Of a DNA stretch of 64,000 nucleotides, positions 8,034-17,800 are shown piece by piece. Source of the stretch: Phycisphaerae bacterium (lineage in GTDB: Bacteria; Planctomycetota; Phycisphaerae; UBA1845; Fen-1342); assembly GCA_050115495.1 (NCBI GenBank), contig JASFQK010000038.1, forward strand, positions 1 through 64,000, written 5' to 3'. The notes below the pieces were generated by a model that ran no database searches, was not told the DNA's origin, and saw only the letters and a program-made list of their open reading frames with translations. Each line of letters opens with the position of its first letter. Positions within the stretch are counted from its first letter, which is position 1. Made by a program: the position numbers and the translations under genes.

Positions 8034-10360
8034 TCTGCCGCTCATTCCTACAGACGTTGCTGATCGGACTGCTGGTCGCGGCTGCTCCGGCCGCCGATGC
8101 GCCGCGCACGGACGTGACGCTCGCCTTCGAGCAGCTCACCGCGTTGCTCGCAATCGGCGGCGAATGGCCGAACGAGATCTCGCCGCTGGCTGGCCTGCCC
8201 GGGCCCCTGGCCGGGTTCAAGAGCGAGGAGGACGTGGCGGCGCTGCGCGCTGCCGGTCTGGTCGCCGACGGTGGACAGCTCAACGCCGCCGGCAAGGCGT
8301 TGTGGACCGCGCTGGTCCGACCGGAGGCCACGGTGCAGGTGCAGTGGTTTCGCGACGCGGCCATCGGCGGCGTGTACTACGCGATGAGCGGTGACGAGCT
8401 GTGGACGCTGGTCCCGAAGGAGGAAGTGCAGTTCCAGATCGAAGGGCCGTTTCCACGCGGTGAGGCCAGCGCGCTGGTCGCCGGTCGCGTGCCGCTGCCC
8501 ACTCCCACAGCCTCGGCAGACGTCGCCGCCGAGCTGTCGCTCTACCAGTTCATGATCCTGCAATGCCTGTTCCGCGAACAGGCCGTCTTTGCGGCGATGC
8601 TGGAAGCACCGGATGACGGTCAGGGCCTCACGCTGGACGAAATGCGGGCGTACTTACTGATCCCCTCGCGGCTCGACGCGCTCGCGACCGAGCCGACGTA
8701 CGACCTGCTTGGCAACTGGGAGAAAATCATGAAGCCGGAGAGCATTCGGCGAAATGCGGATGCTCTCGAAGCCGCCGGGTGGATCGCGAGCACGCGTTCG
8801 GCGTTCGGCGTGCGCTACGCGCTGTCCGAACGCGGACGGTTGCTGGCGCGGGCGGTGTTCAGCCCTCCGGAGTGTCTGCGCGTGACGTGCCGGCGAACGC
8901 GGGAGGGTTCGCCCGCGGCGGCCAGCGTACAGTACTGCGTGGCGCCGGAGGGCATCACGCTCGTTCGGCATGGCCGGTCGCCGGAAGAAGTGGTCATCGC
9001 GCCACTGCCGGTCGGCGATCCGCGGGCAGCGTACGAGGAAGCTCTGGCGGCGCTGATGCGCACGGCCGAGACGCCGCCGGCGACCTCACAGCCCGCTGCG
9101 GTCGCCGACGAGATGGCGGCGCCGTCCGGAACGCTACCGGGCGACGAGATCCTGGACGAGCTTCAGCGCGGCGTCTTCCGCACGGCGACGGCACAACAGA
9201 CCGATCAGCTCTGGAACCGTGGCAAGCCGGATACCTGGCGACTGGATACGAATGATGACGGCCAACCGGACGTGGAGTATGAAGACACGGACGGCGACGA
9301 TCGGCCGGATTTCGTCCGCGTGCGCGACCTGCCGGATCGCGCGTTTACCCGCTCGTTCATCTGCGCCGACGACACGTGGGAAGAGTCGAACATCCTGGAG
9401 GCCTACCTGGAGGTGCTGTTCGCCCTGCCGTGGGCGCGCGAGACCTACCACCGGCACAACGTCAACGTCGTGTTGAACGACCACGTCGTGGGGCAACTGA
9501 CCGATACGATTCCGGATGGGCGCTACCGCTTCCGCATCGCTCCGCAGTTCCTGCGGCGCGACGCGAACAGCCCGCAGCCGAACGACGTACGGCTGGAGAC
9601 CACGCATCTTCGCGGCGGACATTACGTCGTCTCGACCGACTTCCGGCTGATTCTGCACCTGGCCGAAATCTCGCAATACGTGGTCGCGGAGAGCCAGGAG
9701 GAGGCGCAGAAGATCCTCACGGAGCGCGGCAACCTGATTACCCGCGGCGTAGACTTGTCGATCTACGCGAACGAGTGGTGCGTGGACCCGCCGGCGCCGC
9801 GGGACGGCCAGGCGGTGAAGCTGCGCGGCACCGTGCACAACGACGGCGAGGAGACCGCTGAGGGTTGGAAGCTGCACGTCTACGTCAGCGAGCCGGCGGC
9901 GGACCGCGAGCCGATCGCCGTCGTCGAACTCCCCGCCATCCCGAAAGGCACGGCGACCGCGGCGGAGGCTTCATGGACCGCGCAGCCGGGCACACATGAG
10001 CTGTTCGTACAGGTCGTCCCGCCGGCGGAAGTGCCCGATTTGCGTGACGACAACAACCGCGTGAAGCTGGTCGTCCTGACCGGCGGCGATGCGGAGCCGC
10101 CGGCGCTCATTATCGGCGAGCCCGCCGAGAACGTGACGGTGACCGGGCCGGCCGTCACCATCCGCGGCACGGCGACGGATAACGTCGGCCTGGCCCGGCT
10201 GGAGTACAGCGTGGACGGCGGGCTGTGGCAGTCCATCGCCATCAGCGAACGCTGGGAAGTGACGCTGGAGCTGGCGGCCGGCGCCCACTGCGTGCGCGTG
10301 CGCGGCGGCGACACGTCGGGGCTTGAGGCCCTGGCGACGCGCAACCTGACGGTGCGCTGA
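8030..10360 (+). CDS. Secreted protein: duplicated N-terminal alpha/beta module, DxxDDGxPD Ca-binding repeats, beta-sandwich, CARDB and Ig-like C-terminal domains
   Basis: ATGA overlap with the upstream gene; signal peptide; V.N.G...V.P...E..DDNN CARDB pattern; GTATDNVG...YSVDGG Ig-like domain. Confidence 0.8.
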   Translation: MICRSFLQTLLIGLLVAAAPAADAPRTDVTLAFEQLTALLAIGGEWPNEISPLAGLPGPLAGFKSEEDVAALRAAGLVADGGQLNAAGKALWTALVRPEATVQVQWFRDAAIGGVYYAMSGDELWTLVPKEEVQFQIEGPFPRGEASALVAGRVPLPTPTASADVAAELSLYQFMILQCLFREQAVFAAMLEAPDDGQGLTLDEMRAYLLIPSRLDALATEPTYDLLGNWEKIMKPESIRRNADALEAAGWIASTRSAFGVRYALSERGRLLARAVFSPPECLRVTCRRTREGSPAAASVQYCVAPEGITLVRHGRSPEEVVIAPLPVGDPRAAYEEALAALMRTAETPPATSQPAAVADEMAAPSGTLPGDEILDELQRGVFRTATAQQTDQLWNRGKPDTWRLDTNDDGQPDVEYEDTDGDDRPDFVRVRDLPDRAFTRSFICADDTWEESNILEAYLEVLFALPWARETYHRHNVNVVLNDHVVGQLTDTIPDGRYRFRIAPQFLRRDANSPQPNDVRLETTHLRGGHYVVSTDFRLILHLAEISQYVVAESQEEAQKILTERGNLITRGVDLSIYANEWCVDPPAPRDGQAVKLRGTVHNDGEETAEGWKLHVYVSEPAADREPIAVVELPAIPKGTATAAEASWTAQPGTHELFVQVVPPAEVPDLRDDNNRVKLVVLTGGDAEPPALIIGEPAENVTVTGPAVTIRGTATDNVGLARLEYSVDGGLWQSIAISERWEVTLELAAGAHCVRVRGGDTSGLEALATRNLTVR

Positions 10361-10693
10361 GGCCGGACGCGTTCCGGCCAGCGCACCACCTGCCGAGTCG
10401 TTGCCTGAGAGTCAAGTTTGCCCTCTTTCGGTTCTCGGGGGAGGAAGGGCCAGGAGGCCGTTTCCCGATGTTAGGCGCACCAGCGAGCGTCACCGCGCTC
10501 AGAGGCGCGTGGTTACCGGCAGCCCTTGGGTGGCCACACCAGGTCGTCGTCGCGCGATTCGGCGAACGAGTGGTTGGAGCCTGCGGTGTCTTGGCCTACC
10601 AGTTGCGATTCTGTCGTGGCGTCGGTAAACTCATTTGGGTCCTGCGGGGCCGAGCAGTTGGAAGCTTGTCTCGCCCCTTCACGGGTCTTCGGG

Positions 10694-11539
10694 ATGCGGT
10701 TTCTCATAGCAGTTGCCAGTGCGTCGATCTTGTTAGCCACGCCCGGCCTGGCGCAGACGGAGTACAGTCGTCGCGAGGAGCTCCCGCCTGTCCATATCTC
10801 CCAGGCCGACCTAATCAAGCTCGTCCAGAAAGTCAGAACGCTCGTCGAATCCGCGAACCAGTCGGTCGATCCGGAGAGGCTCAAGCACGCGACGTCCCGG
10901 TTGACCATCAGTGGCGGCGGACGCGAAATCGCCGTCGACGGTGAACCAACGTCAGACATGTTCGAGGCGCTGCCGGTAGTCAGTGACCGCGTGGAGTACA
11001 TGTACCGGTGCAGCGACGCCCCTGTAACTCAAGTCATTGTTCAGTTGGGCGAGTATTTACGCACGGTGAACGTCTCCGGTACGGCGCCCGCGAGTGTTGA
11101 TTCGCTGTGCCTGATCATCGCCGAGGGCCTTCGTGGCTATCGCACTCGCCTGGGCGGCCGCGTCATCCGCCGTGGGTGTTTCATTGGCGGAACCATGCTG
11201 TTATTCTCGCTTTTAATTGCGTGTGTGCTTAGTCGCGTTCGTTTGGAGTATCAACCAGCGGCTATGGCTGCGTTGCTCGGCCTGTTCATACCTGCCTCGT
11301 TCTTCATGGGCTGGCTGGCCGAGACCTCCGGCTGGTTCCCAGCATTCGCTATGTTTCGCGGCGACGTTGCATGGTACCGACGGCATGCGGACGCGATAGG
11401 TGCGTTCGGAGCAGGCGCTACGATCAGCATTCCACTCCTCACATTGTTGGTCGGCAGTCTCAAACGACGGGGACAGCCGGCCACGACCGCACCGAGAGCT
11501 GACGTCAAGAAGAAGGGCGGGCGCCACGTTGCCCGCTGA
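10694..11539 (+). CDS. Hypothetical membrane protein (signal peptide plus about 3 C-terminal TM helices)
   Basis: MRFLIAVASASILLATPGLAQ start; hydrophobic C-terminal segments; visibly more AT-rich codon usage than its neighbours. Confidence 0.6.
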   Translation: MRFLIAVASASILLATPGLAQTEYSRREELPPVHISQADLIKLVQKVRTLVESANQSVDPERLKHATSRLTISGGGREIAVDGEPTSDMFEALPVVSDRVEYMYRCSDAPVTQVIVQLGEYLRTVNVSGTAPASVDSLCLIIAEGLRGYRTRLGGRVIRRGCFIGGTMLLFSLLIACVLSRVRLEYQPAAMAALLGLFIPASFFMGWLAETSGWFPAFAMFRGDVAWYRRHADAIGAFGAGATISIPLLTLLVGSLKRRGQPATTAPRADVKKKGGRHVAR

Positions 11540-11706
11540 CGGCCGCGTCCTGCTCGCGGAACTGGATCCGGTGAGTGAATCGGGCGACGGAGGATGTCGG
11601 ATCAGAAGCGCTGCCCCTCACCGTGAATCGTGGCAGGCCGTAGCATGGTCCGCCAGCGCTGAATGTCATCTGTCCATCCTCTTTTGACAGCACGCGCTCA
11701 CTGACC

Positions 11707-12483
11707 CTATGGTGCCACATCCACGCCGCCGACGTTCCTCGCCGCCGGCGCGCCGCATTCCGGGCAACGGCCGCTCACGTTGCCGGTCAGATTGTAACCG
11801 CATTCCAGGCAGCGCGAACTCGGCTGATGGCGGAGAAGCCGGTTGCGCAGCCGCGTCCACAGCCACGCCCACAGGATCGCCCACAGCGGCGCACTCCAAA
11901 AGAGCACGAAGAACAGGAGATCCACCGTCGCCGGCAGCGGGTTGTTGAGCCGGTGTTCGACGAAGAAACCATAGGTCCGTTGGAAGGCCAGCAGGGCGGC
12001 GAACAACACGAGGACATGAATCACGCAGAACAGCAGCACACGCCAGACTGTCAGCCGTAGTGGCCGTTTGGGCGTCAGCCACCTCCGCAATCGCCGCCAG
12101 GCCGCCACGGTGCGCCGCCTGTCGCGGTACCAGAGAATCGCCGCCGGGACGGCAAGGAGGACGAACGGCATCCAGAGTGGAACGGCCGCCCATGACCAGT
12201 ACTTGCCGGTGCCGGTTTCGACCCACCAATACAGTCCGGCAGCTCCGCCGTAGCCGGCCTGGCTCCAGCCGGGTGGCGGGGCATGTTTCCAGCCGGCCAG
12301 CGGCGCATCGTCACGAATCCATCCATAGCCAATTGCCCCCAACATCAGATTGGCTTGATCAAGGCTCGGGCTCGTCCACGTTACGGCGCGGCGCGTGCTA
12401 TACAGGAACGCGAACGCGATCACCACGCACAGCAGTGTGGTGAGCCACTTCGCAACACAGACGGTCCTCGACCTCAGGGCCAT
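11707..12483 (-). CDS. Membrane protein with C-terminal zinc ribbon
   Basis: Several TM segments; CLECGYNLTGNVSGRCPECG. Confidence 0.75.
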   Translation of the reverse strand: MALRSRTVCVAKWLTTLLCVVIAFAFLYSTRRAVTWTSPSLDQANLMLGAIGYGWIRDDAPLAGWKHAPPPGWSQAGYGGAAGLYWWVETGTGKYWSWAAVPLWMPFVLLAVPAAILWYRDRRRTVAAWRRLRRWLTPKRPLRLTVWRVLLFCVIHVLVLFAALLAFQRTYGFFVEHRLNNPLPATVDLLFFVLFWSAPLWAILWAWLWTRLRNRLLRHQPSSRCLECGYNLTGNVSGRCPECGAPAARNVGGVDVAP

Positions 12484-12656
12484 GACCGCATTGTAACGCC
12501 TGCCGGTCACGCCACATCGGCTGGCGATCTCGTCTATGGACACTTGCACATCCGCCCCGACGGGCTTCGAATGGGGCGCCGTCGGCCGGGCTGGCGAGTC
12601 GGCGGCGCATCGTGCTGCGAGGCGGACGACCCGGCGGGGCCGGTGTGGAGGGCCGC

Positions 12657-13751
12657 ATGACGTCTTTGCGGCGGGTGGATACGCTCATTGCTATCGTGCT
12701 GCTGGCGGCGGGGTTACCTCCGGTCTTCTGGCTGGGCTGGACGTGGATCGTCCTTGCGGACGCGCCCGCGCCGGACGTCAGGCAAGTGCTCTCATGGTTC
12801 GTCTGGTTCCTGGAGGGGCCGGGCCTGCTGGTGCCCCCGCTGCTGTGTGTGGCAGCCCTCGGCAGGTGGCTCTCGATACGCTGGCTCGTTCGACTGACCC
12901 TGGTCTATCAGGTGATCTCGGCCCTCGTTCTCGGTAGTCTGTATCTGTATCTCTATGCGGGTGAACAGGCCAACGCGGTGACGTTCGGACACGGCTTCCG
13001 CTTTCTCCTCATAGTGGTCGCGCTACAGACTCTGTCGGCGTGCGTCATCCCGGCGGCGTTGGCCGTCGGCGCGCACCGCCGCCGCTGGGCCGAGCTGCTG
13101 TCACGGTCATCGGCCGACGGCGCGGCGCTCTCGGGCAACTGGGGTCACTGGCCCGCCGCCCTGGCCATGACGCGACTGGTGATCGTGGCCACCGGTATCC
13201 GGTACGCCATGAGCAACGCCTGGCTCGTGCAACCTGTTCGCATGTACGACCTGGCTTCCGGACCGGCGACGGCCGGGACCACGGAAGCGACGCTGCGCGT
13301 GATTGGGGCCGTGCAAACGTTCGTCTGGCCAGTGCTGCTGGTCGTGTGTGGCCTGCGCATGAAGATGGCCAGATCATCGCTTGTCTTCGCGATCCGGCTC
13401 GTTTGTCTCGGCGAGGCGGCACGCTGGCTGCTGATCGTCGCCATCGTCGTGTCGTACTGGTTCTGCCTGCCCTGGCTCGGACTGTTGTGGTCCAGTATTC
13501 CGCTGGAAGGCCGAGTTGTCGCCGAGTGCTTGTCGCAGTGCTCGACCACGCTCGTCGTGGGCGCTTTGCTGTGGTACTGGCTGCCGCTGCCGCTGCTGCG
13601 GCTGCGGGACACCGTTCTCGTGCCTGGTGAAGTGCCGGTCTGCCATCGGTGCGGCTATAACCTCACCGGGAACACGAGCCGGCGATGTCCGGAGTGCGGC
13701 ACGGCGATCCTGATTCCCGGCGGCGATCAGTCGCCGACTGCACCAGTGTGA
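12657..13751 (+). CDS. Multi-pass membrane protein with C-terminal zinc ribbon
   Basis: GGAGG RBS; about 8-9 TM segments; CHRCGYNLTGNTSRRCPECG. Confidence 0.75.
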   Translation: MTSLRRVDTLIAIVLLAAGLPPVFWLGWTWIVLADAPAPDVRQVLSWFVWFLEGPGLLVPPLLCVAALGRWLSIRWLVRLTLVYQVISALVLGSLYLYLYAGEQANAVTFGHGFRFLLIVVALQTLSACVIPAALAVGAHRRRWAELLSRSSADGAALSGNWGHWPAALAMTRLVIVATGIRYAMSNAWLVQPVRMYDLASGPATAGTTEATLRVIGAVQTFVWPVLLVVCGLRMKMARSSLVFAIRLVCLGEAARWLLIVAIVVSYWFCLPWLGLLWSSIPLEGRVVAECLSQCSTTLVVGALLWYWLPLPLLRLRDTVLVPGEVPVCHRCGYNLTGNTSRRCPECGTAILIPGGDQSPTAPV

Positions 13752-14302
13752 TCATCGTCGCTCGGGCTTCGAGCTCGTCCGCAGATCGTTTCCGCGCGCG
13801 CCGTTCCGCTGCGTGCCGGGCGTACGCCTGATGGTCCACGTTGCGTCATCACGTTGCTGACGTCGCGAGGTCGTGACGTTTCCTTGTGTGGGCTGAATTA
13901 CCTACAGGTAATCGCCCTTAATCGCCGGCCGGAACGTGGATGCTGTGCAGTAAGTGAACCACTCGCTATCGCGTCGCGCGCACGCGGTGCTGTTTCGCGG
14001 GGTTCGGGTGAACGCTCACGAGACAGCGAAACGATCGCCAACGTTGAGCCGTAACGGCTTTGAAGTACTTGTGTCAGCGGTGGTTACCGCGCGCAACATG
14101 CGCCAGAAGGCGCGAGAATCCGCGAGTTCACGCCAGAATCTGCGACTGCACATGGGGGTTTCTCGCCACCGGCGCGCCGATGTTCGGCGGCGTTGACGTT
14201 TATTAAATAGGAAGACTGCGCCGAGCGGGCATCAGCGCAGCGCATGCGCCAACAGAGAGAGCAGTCTTGTGCGTCGCTCGGTCATAGAAAGCATTTCGGG
14301 TC

Positions 14303-14335
14303 TTGACATGGCGGTGCCGGCATGATATGCATAAT
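14303..14335 (+). promoter_or_regulatory. Candidate sigma70 promoter for the scaffold cluster
   Basis: Perfect TTGACA at 14303; -10 ambiguous (TATGCA at 17-bp spacing or CATAAT at 21 bp). Confidence 0.4.
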
Positions 14336-14899
14336 GCAGCACGGGCCTAATCCGTGTACGGGGATAGCACCCTTCTGGTTCGTGCCGGTGTCGTCCTTGT
14401 GCCATGTGCACAGGACGCGGACTGAAGCTGATGACTAACGGCACCGGAGGGTAAGGACTGACGGGGACGTGCTGGTCGCGCATCGCGGTGTAGCACCGCC
14501 GCTCACAGCGCGGTTGTGAGTGGTGAACGGGGTGTTTTTGCGCTTGTTGGCTGGCACTGTCTGAATGCCCGGCCGTAGTCGGCTGCGGTTACGCATGCGG
14601 CTGAGGCTGGGCAGTAAGGGTCACAAATCTGCACAGGCGTTTGAAGCCGGCGGGTGCAGGCAGGAGGTGTGTGCGCGCATTGCGACCGCGAATCAGGGGA
14701 ACGCCATCTCCCGGCGGGAATGCGGTGAGCGTGAAAGAGGCAGGAGACAACTTCGCAACTCGGTGAGCGCACGTGGCCGTTACCGGCGCGAGCGGTCAGT
14801 GCGCGCAAACGCGCCCGAGTTGGGCGACATGAAATGCGACAGGCAACACTGGGCAGCAAACGTGCGCTGACCAACAACAGCACTGGAGGATCGAACACC

Positions 14900-17800
14900 A
14901 TGAAAGCGAGAACAGGACATCGGATGGCCATGGCCGTGGCTCTGGCCGGGCTTCTGCTTTGGCCGGCAACGGCGACCGCCAACAGTGTGCAGTCGTCGAC
15001 CATGCATTTCGAGGGGACGCTTACCGACGCCGGCGGCGGTGTGTACACCGGCACAATCGCTATGACCAGGGGCGCGTGGTACTGCGAGACCTGCCCGGGG
15101 GGCGATCTGTACGTGGGCGGGAGTGCGCCGTACGTGCCGGGACCGAATCAGGGCGGCTTCGACCTGCTCGCTCGCGCAGGGGGCATCGCCTACTACGATG
15201 ACGCCGTCCAGGGCGTCATCGGAACAGACCACGACGCCTACTCGTCCGGCGGCGGCTGGGGCAGTTTCTACCAGCCGGATTGCTGCGACTATGAGCACTA
15301 CGAACTGACGCTCACCGGCGATCACTGGTATTTGCGCTACAACGGTGGCGTGCTCGGTGCGGGCAATGCCACGCCCATGTCGGGGGCCATGGACTGGGCG
15401 AACCTGTATGCGTCCGAGGACGACATCGGTGCGTATGTCACTCCGCCGGCTGACCCCGACGCCAACGACGGCGACGCCGCCGCGAACGGCGGTGGCCCGG
15501 GCGCCTGGGACATGGACTGGGGCTGGGGTAGTGAGGTGATCCCGCTGCAAGCGTCGGGCTTCATCGTCAAGGTCGAGGATCTCGGCAGCGGGCAGTACCA
15601 CGTTACGCTGACGCCCGATCTGATCGAGGTCAGCCAGCCGGTGCAGATGACGAGCGACACTCACTACGAACGCGGCAATAGCGTGCTGAAGGACAGCAAC
15701 GGCCAGTACTGGCTGTTCTGGGGCCGTCATACGTCGTTCACCGGGAACTACGGCAGCGGCAACCCAGACGACAGCAGCTACGACATCTACTACAGCACGG
15801 CGTCGACCGTCGCTGGCCTGGCCGGAGCGGGGACGGCCGTCACGAGCGGTGTCTCGATTTACCAGGGCCAGACGACCTGCGTCGAGTACGACGGCCAGAT
15901 CTGGGTCTTCGCCGCCGACTCCGGCGCCAGCAACCAGGTGAAGGCCTGGACGATGCCGACCAGCGGCGGAAGCTGGACCGCGTCCGACGTTCTGCCGGGT
16001 GGCAGCGGCCCGTTCACGGGCACCCACATGTGGGCAACCGTGTTTGACGGCAAGATCTTCCTGGCGGTGGGCCGCGGTGCGGTGATTGACGTCACGACGT
16101 ATGACGGCTCGAACTGGTCCGCATTCCATCAGGCGGTGAACCACAATGGCATGCCGCGCCTGTACGTGGATGACACGGACCTCTACCTCTACTACACGAG
16201 CTGGGCCGCACCCGACGCGTACGAGATCTACAAGTACAACGGCGGGACGACTTGGAACCTCTTGGCGACCATCGCCGGCACGACCGACGACGACTGCGAC
16301 CCGATGCTGGTGAAGGTGGACGACACGTACGCGTTCATCTTCGCCCCGTGGAACTCGGGTGCTTCGAAGCAGTGCCTGAAGTACTGGGTGGCCGGCAGCA
16401 TCGCCGACTTCGACGGTCAGGGTCAGGCTGACGCCCACTACCTCACGGCCGGCGGCTACGGCGGCACGAACTGGGTGGACATGTGGCCGGCGGCCCTCGT
16501 CGACGGCGACGATGTATACCTGTTCTACGGCTCCGAGGCGAGCGGCACCGCCCGCGGCACCGGCAACATCTTCATGCTGCCGTTTGACTGGGGCATGGGG
16601 GCCGACCACTTCAACTACATCCAGAACGCCGTCGACCACGCGACCGGCACGACGATCAACATCGCGCCGGGGACGTACGAAGAACAGGTGGTCGTCGATG
16701 GCGACAATATCCACCTCGTCGGTGCCGGCTCCGGCCCCGATCCGGCGACGAACACGGTCGTCCTCTCGCCAGCGACGTTGCCGTGGCTGTTCAACACGAA
16801 CAACCGTCCGATCGTCGGCTTCACCGGCTGCACCGGTGGGTCAATCGAAAACCTGCGGGTGGACGGCGATGGTCGCGGGAATGCGAACTACCGGTTCGAG
16901 GGCGTGGCCTTCTGGAACGCCGGCGGCGACGTGGTCGATTGTGTGATCACCGACGTCCGCAACGAGCCCTTGGACGGGAACCAGCACGGCATTGGCGTCT
17001 ATGCCTACAACGATGACTTTGGGCCGTACACGGTCAACGTGCTGGGCACGGACGTCGACGGCTATCAGAAGAACGGTATGGCCCTCTCCGGCGACGGGCT
17101 GACCGCCAACGTGATCGGTTGCACGGTCACGGGCGGCGGGACGATGGGCAGTGGGCTACCTGCGCAGAACGGCATCCAAATCAGCTACGGTGCCGGTGGG
17201 AGCATCGAAGACTGCACCATAGCGAACAACATCTATACGGAGAACTGGGCCGCCTCGGGCATCCTGCTTTACCTGGGCACGACCGTAGCCATGAGTGGCA
17301 ACACGGTCAACGGCAACTGCCCGGGCGTGTACTGCGAGGATACCAACGGCTCGTTTGCCGACGGCGTGATTTCGAACCAGCACGCGGAGAGCTGGGACGC
17401 CCTGTATGCGATCAACACAGGGGCCGCGCTCGGCGTCGGTGACGAGAGCAAGGTGGTTGCCATCGCGGCGCCGTTTGAGGAAGAGGTCGGCCGCGCCGAC
17501 AAGGGCCGCACGGCGCGGACGTTCACCCTCTCGAACAGCACGATCGTCGGTCATGGCCGAGAAGACAGTTGGGGCGTCTACTTCAAGGCCGAGGGCGACA
17601 CGCTGACAGCGAGCATGACCAACTGCCGCGTCGAGAATTGGGACCTCGGCGTCTACACCCGCGAGGCCGGGGGTACGGTCAGTCTGACGGCTCACTACAA
17701 CGACATCGAGAACAATGGCACTTATGGTGGCTTCTACTCAAACGCCGCTGGCGTTCAGGATGTCAAGAACAACTGGTGGGGCGACGCCAGTGGACCGTAC

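Noticed and set aside
14420..14445. Fluoride riboswitch or hammerhead ribozyme suggested by GCTGATGAC
   Set aside because: The upstream GGNGAUGG pseudoknot partner and the hammerhead GAAA core are missing, and no crcB-type gene follows
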